64,000 nt of DNA from the NCBI GenBank assembly GCA_903873585.1, contig CAIQOV010000007.1:1779-65778 (forward strand), in the 5' to 3' direction. This DNA comes from an uncultured Rhodobacterales bacterium (GTDB lineage: Bacteria; Pseudomonadota; Alphaproteobacteria; Rhodobacterales; Rhodobacteraceae). Numbering within the stretch: the first letter of the stretch is position 1; every line of letters begins with the position of its first letter. A program made the translations under genes and the position numbers. Of the stretch, positions 18,750-27,466 are shown in pieces. Below the pieces are notes generated by a model. It did no database searches. It was not told where the DNA came from and was given only the letters and a program-made list of their open reading frames with translations.

Positions 18750-19610
18750 ATGACACGGCAAGTTTATGTGAATGGTGCGTTTGTTGGGGAAGCCGAAGCC
18801 AAGGTGTCGGTGTTTGACCGGGGCTTTTTGATGGCGGATGGGGTCTATGAAGTAACCTCGGTTCTGGGCGGGAAGCTGTTGGATTTCCAAGGCCATTGTG
18901 TGCGCCTGTCGCGCAGCTTGGCCGAGCTGGACATCACCAACCCGCACAGCGATGCCGAATGGCTGGCGCTGTTTCGCCAAGCGGTCGCGTTGAATGCGGT
19001 GGTCGACGGGATGGTCTATTTGCAAGTGACACGTGGCAATCCGGGCGACCGTGATTTTGCCTATCCCAACCCGCCCGTACCGCCGACCGTGGTGATCTTT
19101 ACCCAATCCAAACTTGGTCTGGCCGAAAACCCCGCCGCCCTTGCCGGATGGAAGGTGATCTCGGTTCCAGACATCCGCTGGGGTCGGCGCGATATCAAAA
19201 CGGTGCAACTGCTCTACCCGTCGATGGCCAAGATGGCGGCCAAGGCGGCGCATGTTGATGACGCTTGGCTGGTCGAGGATGGGATGGTGACAGAAGGCAC
19301 CTCGAACAACGCTTATATCGTCAAGGGCAACCGCATCATCACGCGCCAGTTGTCGCATGACATTTTGCACGGCATCACCCGCGCCGCCGTGCTGCGCTTT
19401 GCCCGCGAAGCACAAATGGAGATCGAAGAACGCCCTTTCACCATCGCCGAAGCCCAAAGCGCGGATGAGGCGTTCATCACCTCGGCCAGCGCTTTTGTCA
19501 CGCCCGTGATCGAGGTTGACGGTGCCCCCGTGGGCCACGGCAAAGCCGGTCCCTTGGCGCTGCGCTTGCGCGAAATCTATCTGGAAGAGATGCGCAAAAG
19601 TGCCATCTGA
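18750..19610 (+). CDS. dat: D-amino-acid transaminase (class IV PLP enzyme)
   Basis: FDRGFLMADGVYEV, YLQVTRG, RWGRRDIKTVQLL, EGTSNN, ILHGITR, FITSA. Confidence 0.88.
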   Translation: MTRQVYVNGAFVGEAEAKVSVFDRGFLMADGVYEVTSVLGGKLLDFQGHCVRLSRSLAELDITNPHSDAEWLALFRQAVALNAVVDGMVYLQVTRGNPGDRDFAYPNPPVPPTVVIFTQSKLGLAENPAALAGWKVISVPDIRWGRRDIKTVQLLYPSMAKMAAKAAHVDDAWLVEDGMVTEGTSNNAYIVKGNRIITRQLSHDILHGITRAAVLRFAREAQMEIEERPFTIAEAQSADEAFITSASAFVTPVIEVDGAPVGHGKAGPLALRLREIYLEEMRKSAI

Positions 19611-19728
19611 CTCCTCTTAGCCATTGGGGGCAGCAAGGTGGGGTCGCCAAAGTGCTGGTGATTGGTCAGGGTTCCTTTCGGCAGGCGCGCCCAAAGGCAC
19701 AAGTGCTGTGATCGTGCCATCTAGGGCG

Positions 19729-20316
19729 TTAGGTTTTAGGGTGCCTTGTGGCTAGGGCTGCAACACTTGCATGGGCGGGGCAGGTGATCAGGTGGTCGTT
19801 GACCAAGCCGCAGGCCTGCATGAAGGCGTAGACGATGGTGGGGCCGACAAAACTAAAGCCTGCGGCTTTCAGCATCTTTGACATGGCCAAAGATTCGCGG
19901 CTTTGGGTCGGGATGTCTGCGGGGGTTAGGGGGCGGTTTTGCTTTGGCGCACCATCAACAAAATCCCACAGCATTGCGGCGAAATCGCCTTTTTCTTGCA
20001 GGGCTAGATAGGCGCGGGCGTTCTTGACTGTGGCTTCGATTTTGCCCCTGTGGCGGATGATGGCGGGGTTGGCAAGTGCGGCTGTTACCTGCGCCTCTTC
20101 CCAATTTGCCACAAAAGCCGGATCAAACCCGTCAAACGCCGCGCGAAAAGCGTCACGCTTTTTCAAGATGGTGATCCACGACAGCCCAGCCTGAAACCCG
20201 TCAAGCACCAGCTTTTCCCACAAAGCGCGGCTGTCCCATTCGGGTACGCCCCACTCGTGGTCGTGATAGGCCACATACAGCGGGTCTTGGCCACACCAAG
20301 GGCAGCGGTCGGTCAT
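19729..20316 (-). CDS. tag: DNA-3-methyladenine glycosylase I
   Basis: RCPWC, YHDHEWG, FQAGLSWITIL, IIRHRGKIEA, FVGPTIVYAFMQACGLVNDH. Confidence 0.95.
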   Translation of the reverse strand: MTDRCPWCGQDPLYVAYHDHEWGVPEWDSRALWEKLVLDGFQAGLSWITILKKRDAFRAAFDGFDPAFVANWEEAQVTAALANPAIIRHRGKIEATVKNARAYLALQEKGDFAAMLWDFVDGAPKQNRPLTPADIPTQSRESLAMSKMLKAAGFSFVGPTIVYAFMQACGLVNDHLITCPAHASVAALATRHPKT

Positions 20317-20472
20317 GGGCGCTCCTGTCGCGATGCGCGCCAAGTTAGCTTGTCGCCTACGAATTGTCATCGGGCAGGGCGTTGATTTTGGCGTGAATTT
20401 GCCGCTGATGGGTGCCAAAGGGTCGCCCTTCTGCTTGGCAAGTTGCAAAAGCCGCGATTAGCGGCTAGGGAA

Positions 20473-20487
20473 TGCTGCAAAGCAGCA
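20473..20487. promoter_or_regulatory. Candidate PhaR operator upstream of phaA
   Basis: TGCTGC-AAA-GCAGCA fits the CTGC-N3/4-GCAG type of PhaR site. Confidence 0.45.
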
Positions 20488-20530
20488 AGGTGGACTTGGC
20501 TGCAATATTTTTCTGAAAGGGCAGGGCACT

Positions 20531-21706
20531 ATGACCAATGTCGTGATCGTTTCAGCGGCGCGGACCGCTGTGGGCAGCTTTAACGGGGCTTTTGCTGCGA
20601 CCCCTGCGCACGAACTGGGCGCTGCGGTGATTGAGGCGGTCGTGGCGCGCGCCGGTATTGATAAGGCAGAAGTCAGCGAAACGATCTTGGGCCAAGTTCT
20701 GACCGCAGGGCAGGGCCAAAACCCCGCCCGCCAAGCTGCGATCCGCGCGGGTCTGGCCAAGGAAGCCAGCGCTTGGGGGCTGAACCAAGTGTGCGGGTCG
20801 GGTCTGCGCGCTGTCGCTTTGGGCGCTATGCACGTGCAGCTTGGCGATGCGTCGATTGTCATCGCCGGTGGCCAAGAAAGCATGAGCCTGTCGCCCCATG
20901 TCGCGCACATGCGCGCAGGCACGAAAATGGGCGATGTGGCTTTCATCGATTCGATGATCCGCGACGGTCTTTGGGATGCGTTCAACGGCTATCACATGGG
21001 CCAGACGGCAGAGAACGTCGCCAACCAATGGCAGATCAGCCGCGAGATGCAGGATGCTTTCGCCGTAGGCAGCCAGAACAAGGCCGAAGCCGCGCAAAAG
21101 GCTGGCAAGTTCAAGGATGAGATTGTTCCCTTTATTGTCAAAAGTCGTAAGGGCGACATCGTGGTAGATGCCGACGAATACATTCGCCACGGCGCAACAC
21201 TGGAATCGATGCAAAAGCTGCGCGCCGCCTTTGCCAAGGATGGGTCGGTGACGGCGGGCAATGCCTCGGGCCTGAATGATGGCGCTGCGGCTGTGTTGCT
21301 GATGACCGAGGCTGATGCCGCCAAGCGCGGCCTGAAGGTTTTGGCGCGGATTGCCAGCTATGCCACGGCTGGCTTGGACCCGTCGATCATGGGCGTGGGG
21401 CCGATCTATGCCAGCCGCAAGGCGCTGGAAAAGGCGGGCTGGAAGGTGGCCGATCTGGACTTGGTCGAAGCGAACGAGGCCTTTGCCGCCCAAGCCTGTG
21501 CGGTCAACAAAGACATGGGCTGGGATCCGGCGATTGTGAACGTAAACGGCGGGGCGATTGCGATTGGCCACCCGATCGGTGCTTCGGGCGCGCGCATCTT
21601 GAACACGTTGATCCACGAAATGGGCCGCAGCGGTGCCAAAAAGGGTCTGGCGACCCTGTGCATCGGCGGGGGCATGGGTGTGGCCATGTGTCTGGAACGC
21701 GCCTAA
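20531..21706 (+). CDS. phaA: Acetyl-CoA acetyltransferase (beta-ketothiolase)
   Basis: NQVCGSGL, GDGLWDAFNGYHMG, EANEAFAAQ, NGGAIAIGHPIGASG, LCIGGGMG. Confidence 0.95.
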   Translation: MTNVVIVSAARTAVGSFNGAFAATPAHELGAAVIEAVVARAGIDKAEVSETILGQVLTAGQGQNPARQAAIRAGLAKEASAWGLNQVCGSGLRAVALGAMHVQLGDASIVIAGGQESMSLSPHVAHMRAGTKMGDVAFIDSMIRDGLWDAFNGYHMGQTAENVANQWQISREMQDAFAVGSQNKAEAAQKAGKFKDEIVPFIVKSRKGDIVVDADEYIRHGATLESMQKLRAAFAKDGSVTAGNASGLNDGAAAVLLMTEADAAKRGLKVLARIASYATAGLDPSIMGVGPIYASRKALEKAGWKVADLDLVEANEAFAAQACAVNKDMGWDPAIVNVNGGAIAIGHPIGASGARILNTLIHEMGRSGAKKGLATLCIGGGMGVAMCLERA

Positions 21707-21740
21707 GTGGTCTTGCGGCTCTGCTCACGTTTAAGAAATT

Positions 21741-21765
21741 TGCCGCGCAATAATGTTGCGCGGCA
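21741..21765. promoter_or_regulatory. Perfect 10-bp inverted repeat upstream of phaB (candidate PhaR site or RNA hairpin)
   Basis: TGCCGCGCAA-TAATG-TTGCGCGGCA. Confidence 0.45.
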
Positions 21766-21812
21766 CTTCTATTTTGGGTAACAGAATTCCAACGAAGTTG
21801 GAGGAGGACAGA

Positions 21813-22538
21813 ATGTCGAAAGTGGCTTTGGTGACCGGCGGGTCGCGTGGAATTGGGGCGGCGATTTCGGTCGCGCTGAAAGCGGCGGGCTATACGGTGG
21901 CGGCGAACTATGCTGGCAACGATGCGGCGGCGGCGGCGTTTACCGCTGAGACGGGGATCAAGACCTATAAATGGTCGGTCGCCGATTATGACGCCTGCAA
22001 AGCAGGCATAGCACAGGTCGAGGCTGACTTGGGGCCGGTGGCCGTGCTGGTCAACAACGCAGGCATCACCCGCGATTCGATGTTTCACAAGATGACACCC
22101 GAATCGTGGAAAGAGGTGATCGACACCAACCTGTCGGGCCTGTTCAACATGACCCATCCGTTGTGGAACGGCATGCGCGACCGCAAGTTTGGCCGTGTCA
22201 TCAACATCTCGTCGATCAACGGGCAAAAGGGGCAGGCGGGGCAGGTGAACTATTCTGCCGCGAAGTCGGGCGATCTGGGCTTTACCAAGGCGCTGGCCGC
22301 TGAAGGCGCGCGCGCTGGCATCACGGTGAACGCGGTTTGCCCCGGCTATATCGCCACCGACATGGTCAAGGCGATTGACGAAAAAGTGCTGAACGAGCGG
22401 ATCATCCCCCTGATCCCCGTGGGCCGCTTGGGCGAGCCGGAAGAGATTGCGCGGGTTGTGGTGTTCTTGGCGTCGGATGATGCGGGCTTTATCACGGGGT
22501 CAACCATCTCGGCCAACGGTGGGCAGTTCGTCGTTTAA
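21813..22538 (+). CDS. phaB: Acetoacetyl-CoA reductase
   Basis: VTGGSRGIG, NNAGITRD, SSINGQKGQAGQVNYSAAK; RBS GGAGGAGG; follows phaA. Confidence 0.95.
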   Translation: MSKVALVTGGSRGIGAAISVALKAAGYTVAANYAGNDAAAAAFTAETGIKTYKWSVADYDACKAGIAQVEADLGPVAVLVNNAGITRDSMFHKMTPESWKEVIDTNLSGLFNMTHPLWNGMRDRKFGRVINISSINGQKGQAGQVNYSAAKSGDLGFTKALAAEGARAGITVNAVCPGYIATDMVKAIDEKVLNERIIPLIPVGRLGEPEEIARVVVFLASDDAGFITGSTISANGGQFVV

Positions 22539-22564
22539 GCCGCGGCGACAGGTTTAGACTTAGG

Positions 22565-22590
22565 GGCCTGCCGGATGCGGCGGGCCTTTT
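22565..22590 (+). terminator. Intrinsic terminator after phaB
   Basis: GGCCTGCCG-GATG-CGGCGGGCC-TTTT. Confidence 0.75.
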
Positions 22591-22634
22591 CCTTTTGGGG
22601 CGGCGCTGCTAGGCCAAGCCAAAAGGGGGGCCAT

Positions 22635-23516
22635 ATGACACGCAACCGCGCCACGATCATCGGAGCTTCGGCCATCTTGATGTGGTCGCTGCTGGCCGCC
22701 TTGACGATCGGTACAGCCCCCGTGCCGCCCTTGCTGCTGAACGCGCTGTGCTTTGCCATGGGCGGGGTGCTGGGCCTGATCTGGACAGGCTTTGGGCGTG
22801 GCTTTGGCGTGCTGCGCGGCATTCGCTGGCAGGTCTATGCCTTTGGCACCTTGGGGCTGTTTGGCTACCATCTGTTGTATTTCACGGCATTCCGTCTGGC
22901 ACCCTATGCCCAAACCGGCCTGATCGCCTATCTGTGGCCCTTGTTCATTGTGCTGTTGTCGGGCCTGCTTCCGGGGGAACGCTTGCGCCCGCTGCACCTG
23001 ATTGGGGCTGCGCTGGCCTTTGGTGGGGCGGCGGTGATTGTGCTGGGCGGTGGTTTGGGCGGCGGGCCGGGGGCAGGTGCGGGGCTGGGGCTGGCCTTTG
23101 CCTGTGCGCTGACTTGGTCGGTTTATTCCGTGCTGTCGCGCTGGATGGGCGATGTGCCAACCGAGGCTGTGACGGTCTTTTGCCTTGCCACCGCAGCCCT
23201 TTCAGCCCTGACCCATCTGGGGTTTGAGACGACCCTTTGGCCCACAGGGCTGATCGGGTGGGCGAGTGTGGCGGCTTTGGGGCTGGGGCCGGTGGGCTTG
23301 GCGTTTTTCACTTGGGATGTCGGCATGAAGCGCGGCGATATTCAGATGTTGGGCACGCTGTCTTATGCGGCCCCCTTGCTGTCAACGCTGGTGCTGATTG
23401 CCACCGGTCAGGCCAAAGCCAGCCCGATGCTGGGCGTTGCGGCCCTTGCGATCACTGGCGGGGCGGCCCTAGCCGCCCGCGCCAGCCGCAAAGAACCTAT
23501 TGCGTCAGGCGGGTGA
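22635..23516 (+). CDS. yddG: EamA/DMT transporter, YddG-like
   Basis: About 10 hydrophobic helices; GLFGYHLLYF, LIAYLWP, WDVGMKRGDI, SYAAPLLS. Confidence 0.75.
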   Translation: MTRNRATIIGASAILMWSLLAALTIGTAPVPPLLLNALCFAMGGVLGLIWTGFGRGFGVLRGIRWQVYAFGTLGLFGYHLLYFTAFRLAPYAQTGLIAYLWPLFIVLLSGLLPGERLRPLHLIGAALAFGGAAVIVLGGGLGGGPGAGAGLGLAFACALTWSVYSVLSRWMGDVPTEAVTVFCLATAALSALTHLGFETTLWPTGLIGWASVAALGLGPVGLAFFTWDVGMKRGDIQMLGTLSYAAPLLSTLVLIATGQAKASPMLGVAALAITGGAALAARASRKEPIASGG

Positions 23517-23661
23517 TTTCTTCCTTGAGCCGCAGCTTTTGCTTTTTAAGCGCTGCAATTTCCAGATCGTCGGCGGCAGGTTGGCGCTGGGCCAATTCTA
23601 CCACGGTAGAGAGGTGTTCGTGCTTCCGCTGCAAAGCGGAGACGTGCGAAGAGATGCTCAT
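23497..23661 (-). CDS. YdcH/DUF465 family small coiled-coil protein (54 aa); not in the ORF track
   Basis: MSISSHVSALQRKHEHLSTVVELAQRQPAADDLEIAALKKQKLRLKEEITRLTQ*. Confidence 0.85.
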   Translation of the reverse strand: MSISSHVSALQRKHEHLSTVVELAQRQPAADDLEIAALKKQKLRLKEEITRLTQ

Positions 23662-23761
23662 CTTAACCCTCATATGACAGTTTCTAGGATCTTCAGTGGA
23701 GCATGAATTTGCGAGTCTGTCACGAAATCTTCACAGTTTAATGCGCGGCATTTTAAGCTAA

Positions 23762-24514
23762 TCAGCCAAACTCAGCCGACAGATCGGCGCCTTCTCGCAA
23801 CACCGCATTGGCCCGGGCGGTATAGCTTTCGCGGTCGCCGTCATGCGCTGCACCTTGATGCGTGACCAAGGGCGCAAGCAGCCGAAACGCCGCCCTCCCG
23901 CCCTTGCGCGCGCGCAAGATCACCCGCAGCGCAGGCCGCCCTTCGCGCGCGGCGAGGGGCAGCACCACGGCGGAGCCAAGGCGGGGGGCAAGGGCTGACA
24001 GCACCTCTGGCAGGCCATCGGTGCCAAAGATCATGGTCAGCCACCCACCCGGTTCCAACCGCTTTGACGCCGCCGCCACCCAGTCAGCCAAGGGCAATTC
24101 CGCCCGCAAAGCCATGTCGCGCCCTAAGATGGGCGAGGGCGAGCCTGCGCGCGGGTACCACGGCGGGTTGGCGATCACATGGTCAAACCCGACGCGCAGG
24201 GCGGCGGGCATGGCCGTCAGGTCGCCCACAACCACGTTCAGCGCCACACCGTTTTCCGTCGCATTTTGCCGCGCCAAAGCGGCGTAATCTTCTTGCAGCT
24301 CTAACCCCGTTTGCGCCAAACCCGCCACGCGCGATGCCAAACACAGGCTGGCCGCCCCCACACCGCAGCCCAGATCCAGCACGCTTTGCCCCGCTTTGGC
24401 TGGACAAGCCGCCGCCAGCAACACGGCATCGGTCGCGGCGCGGTAGCCGTGTTTGGGTTGCCACAGGTGCAGCTTGCCGCACAAAAAGGCATCGTGGGTC
24501 AATTCAGCGGTCAT
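23762..24514 (-). CDS. tRNA1(Val) A37 N6-methyltransferase-like SAM methyltransferase
   Basis: GYRAATDAVLLAA, VLDLGCGVG, VIANPPWY; ATGA overlap with the DUF2007 gene. Confidence 0.82.
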   Translation of the reverse strand: MTAELTHDAFLCGKLHLWQPKHGYRAATDAVLLAAACPAKAGQSVLDLGCGVGAASLCLASRVAGLAQTGLELQEDYAALARQNATENGVALNVVVGDLTAMPAALRVGFDHVIANPPWYPRAGSPSPILGRDMALRAELPLADWVAAASKRLEPGGWLTMIFGTDGLPEVLSALAPRLGSAVVLPLAAREGRPALRVILRARKGGRAAFRLLAPLVTHQGAAHDGDRESYTARANAVLREGADLSAEFG

Positions 24515-24735
24515 TGTGGCAAGCAATCGGGCGGGAAATCGTTGTCGACCAACACCGCCCGCGCCAGAAAATGATCGCGCTCTGCCACCATAAGGCGGCG
24601 GGGTAGGAGAAAGCTTGATCCGCCTAGGATGCTCATGTGGACGTCCATTTCAAAGGCCGCTATACCCTCGCCCGAAAGCAAGGCTTGGGCGAAAGCAATC
24701 AGGGTCGGGTCGGTGGTGCGTAACAACAAGCGCAT
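24511..24735 (-). CDS. DUF2007 family protein
   Basis: MRLLLRTTDPTLIAFAQALL...DVHMSILGGS...LPRRLMV. Confidence 0.85.
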   Translation of the reverse strand: MRLLLRTTDPTLIAFAQALLSGEGIAAFEMDVHMSILGGSSFLLPRRLMVAERDHFLARAVLVDNDFPPDCLPQ

Positions 24736-24785
24736 CGGTCAGATTTACGGCGCTATAGACCCCATGTCGAGACGCAGGAATTGCA

Positions 24786-25793
24786 ATGCAAGTAACGACC
24801 CCTTTCCCCGATCCAAAACCGCAAGACACGCTGGCAGCGGCTTTGGCCGGTGATATGACGGCGGTGAATGCGCTGATCCGTGACCGCATGGCATCACGCT
24901 ACGCGCCGCGCATTCCCGAAGTGACAGCGCATTTGGTGGAAGCGGGGGGCAAACGCCTGCGCCCGATGCTGACCTTGGCCGCAGCCACGATTTGCGGGTA
25001 TCAGGGCGACAACCACATCAAACTCGCCGCCACGGTAGAGTTTATTCACACCGCCACCTTGCTGCATGACGATGTGGTCGATGAAAGCAGCCAGCGGCGG
25101 GGGCGGCCGACGGCGAACCTGTTGTGGGATAACAAATCTTCGGTTCTGGTCGGCGACTATCTGTTTTCGCGCAGCTTTCAGTTGATGGTGGAAACCGGAT
25201 CGCTGCGCGTGATGGATATTCTGGCCAACGCCAGCGCCACGATTGCCGAAGGCGAGGTGCTGCAACTGACCGCAGCACAGGATCTGAAAACCGACGAGGC
25301 GATTTATCTGCAAGTGGTGCGCGGCAAAACTGCCGCCCTGTTTTCTGCCGCAACCGAAGTGGGCGGCGTGATCGCGGGTGTTGGCGAAGATCAGGTGCGC
25401 GCCTTGTTTGATTACGGCGATGCCTTGGGGATTGCGTTCCAGATCGCCGATGATCTTTTGGATTACGGCGGATCCTCGGCCCAGATTGGCAAGAACACCG
25501 GCGATGATTTCCGCGAACGCAAGGTCACGCTGCCCGTGATCCGCGCCTATGCGGCGGCAGATGCCGAGGGCCGTGCGTTTTGGCAGCGGGTCATCGAAAA
25601 GGGCCAGCAGCAAGACGGCGATTTGGATCACGCCATGGCGCTGCTAACCCAAGCCGGCGCGCTGACTGCGGCGCGGGACGAGGCGTTTTCTTGGGCTGCA
25701 AAGGCGCGTGCGGCGCTCAGCGTGTTGCCCGACCATCCGCTGCGCCAAACCTTGTCAGACCTGACCCATTACGTTGTCAGTCGCGTCAGCTAG
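24786..25793 (+). CDS. ispB: Long-chain polyprenyl diphosphate synthase (IspB/DdsA)
   Basis: GGKRLRP, LLHDDVVD (FARM), RRGRPTA, GKTAALF, FQIADD (SARM). Confidence 0.93.
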   Translation: MQVTTPFPDPKPQDTLAAALAGDMTAVNALIRDRMASRYAPRIPEVTAHLVEAGGKRLRPMLTLAAATICGYQGDNHIKLAATVEFIHTATLLHDDVVDESSQRRGRPTANLLWDNKSSVLVGDYLFSRSFQLMVETGSLRVMDILANASATIAEGEVLQLTAAQDLKTDEAIYLQVVRGKTAALFSAATEVGGVIAGVGEDQVRALFDYGDALGIAFQIADDLLDYGGSSAQIGKNTGDDFRERKVTLPVIRAYAAADAEGRAFWQRVIEKGQQQDGDLDHAMALLTQAGALTAARDEAFSWAAKARAALSVLPDHPLRQTLSDLTHYVVSRVS

Positions 25794-25801
25794 GAAAACC
25801 C

Positions 25802-26692
25802 CTAATCAAAGGTGCCCGTCACCCGCCCCAGCAGCATAAAGGCGCGGGCGGTACGGGTATCTGATAGGGCGGTCAGGTCGCTGTCACTGGTGCCAGGCAC
25901 CATCGAATCGACCAGTTTGTCGAAACTGCGCAGAAAATGATGGGCTGCATCGCGAAACACGATGTCGTTTCGCATGCGGTTGGCTGTTAGGGCAAGGCAA
26001 GACTGATCTCGAACCCCGCCCAAGTCGGCAATCCCCTCGCCCCGCTCACCGGTCGCAAATTTGCGCCACAGCCTTGGCCTTGGGCGCTCATACTCTAGCG
26101 CGTCCATGAAAATGCCGTCTTGGGCCATAAGGGTCAGCACATCTTGCGCCGAACGGATCAGTTTGGCGGTGGTGTGGTCTGCCAAAGCCAAGCGCAGGGC
26201 GCGAAAGCCTTCTTTATCTTCGGGGCCATCGGGGAAATGCAACGCGCGCAGCAGGTCGGCCATTGCAAGAGGGGCGCTTGGCGCAAGCGTTGCTGGGTCA
26301 AGCGCCAACCCCGGCTGACCCTCAGCGCCCGCCGCGGGGGGCGGTAAAAGAGCGAGGGCAGGTGCATTTTTCCGCAAAACCGTCTGACGCGATTGGGCCG
26401 CGCGCAGGCCGTCAATGGTTTTTTGCAAGGCTGCGGTTTGCGCGCGCAAGCGGCGGATCGACACAATCGTGCCCACCAAGACCCAAGCCAATAGCACGGG
26501 TAAACCCGCCGCCAGCCCAGATAGAGCTAACCGCAACGACCCCTCGGCCTGCCAGCCCTCAACGGTATAAAGACCCGCAGCCCCAAGCCACACGGCGCTG
26601 AAAGCCAAGGCTGACAGGCGCAGCAAAAGATCTGGCGCGCCGCTTTGTTCAGCGGGGAAGACGCCTGTGATCTTGGAGGAGCTTTTTGGCAT
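25802..26692 (-). CDS. Hypothetical membrane-anchored protein
   Basis: Two N-terminal TM helices, a coiled segment and a helical C-terminal domain ending RTARAFMLLGRVTGTFD. Confidence 0.7.
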   Translation of the reverse strand: MPKSSSKITGVFPAEQSGAPDLLLRLSALAFSAVWLGAAGLYTVEGWQAEGSLRLALSGLAAGLPVLLAWVLVGTIVSIRRLRAQTAALQKTIDGLRAAQSRQTVLRKNAPALALLPPPAAGAEGQPGLALDPATLAPSAPLAMADLLRALHFPDGPEDKEGFRALRLALADHTTAKLIRSAQDVLTLMAQDGIFMDALEYERPRPRLWRKFATGERGEGIADLGGVRDQSCLALTANRMRNDIVFRDAAHHFLRSFDKLVDSMVPGTSDSDLTALSDTRTARAFMLLGRVTGTFD

Positions 26693-26730
26693 TGTATCCC
26701 CGCCTTGCGCGTTCGGCGCGAAACGTCCGG

Positions 26731-27201
26731 TCAGATGAACCGAACGCTGATGATTTCATAGCTTTTCTGCCCGCCGGGGGTGCGCACCTCGACCGTGTCG
26801 CCTTCATCCTTGCCGATCATGGCGCGCGCAAGGGGCGAGCGGATGTTCAAAAGCCCGCGTTCCAGATCGGCCTCGACCTCGCCCACGATCTGATAGGTTT
26901 TTTCTTCGCCGCTGTCGTCGTCGGCCACCACCACATGCGCGCCGAACTTGACCGAGCCTGTGAATTTCGACGGATCAATCACCTCGGCCCGCGACAGGAT
27001 GGCTTCCAGTTCTTTCACGCGGCCTTCGATGAAGCTCTGCTTTTCGCGGGCGGCGTGGTATTCGGCGTTTTCCGACAGGTCGCCATGTTCGCGTGCCTCC
27101 GCAATAGCGCGGATCACGGCGGGGCGTTCCACCGATTTTAGCTGCTTTAGCTCTTCATCCAGCAAGGTGAACCCTGCCCGCGTCAACGGAATCTTTTCCA
27201 T
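26731..27201 (-). CDS. greA: Transcription elongation factor GreA
   Basis: AREHGDLSENAEYHAA, YQIVG, SPLARAMIGK. Confidence 0.98.
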   Translation of the reverse strand: MEKIPLTRAGFTLLDEELKQLKSVERPAVIRAIAEAREHGDLSENAEYHAAREKQSFIEGRVKELEAILSRAEVIDPSKFTGSVKFGAHVVVADDDSGEEKTYQIVGEVEADLERGLLNIRSPLARAMIGKDEGDTVEVRTPGGQKSYEIISVRFI

Positions 27202-27215
27202 AGCCTCACTCTGTC

Positions 27216-27254
27216 AAACAACAAGGTCATGGCCCTTGGCGGACCATGACCTTG
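27216..27254 (-). terminator. Leader hairpin plus U-tract upstream of greA (attenuator candidate)
   Basis: Minus strand CAAGGTCATGG-tccgccaaggg-CCATGACCTTG-TTGTTT, ending 14 nt before the ATG. Confidence 0.6.
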
Positions 27255-27466
27255 CTTCCGCCTTAGACAAAGCGCGGCAGGGGCTAAAATGCAAGGGGGC
27301 GGGCGTGAATTAGGCTGCGAATAATCACGCAATAGGGTCGCTTGCGTTAGAATCTTGCCGCCAAGGGGCCAGAATACGGCCTTTCGTTGCGCCATGCCCT
27401 TTGCGCGGCGTTGACGCTTGGCCGCAGTTCGGGCAAGGACGGGCAAAGGGTTTTGAGGGGATTAGC

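Noticed and set aside
19611-19728. Possible duplicated 3' fragment of tag or a small ORF between dat and tag
   Set aside because: No convincing nucleotide or peptide similarity on inspection
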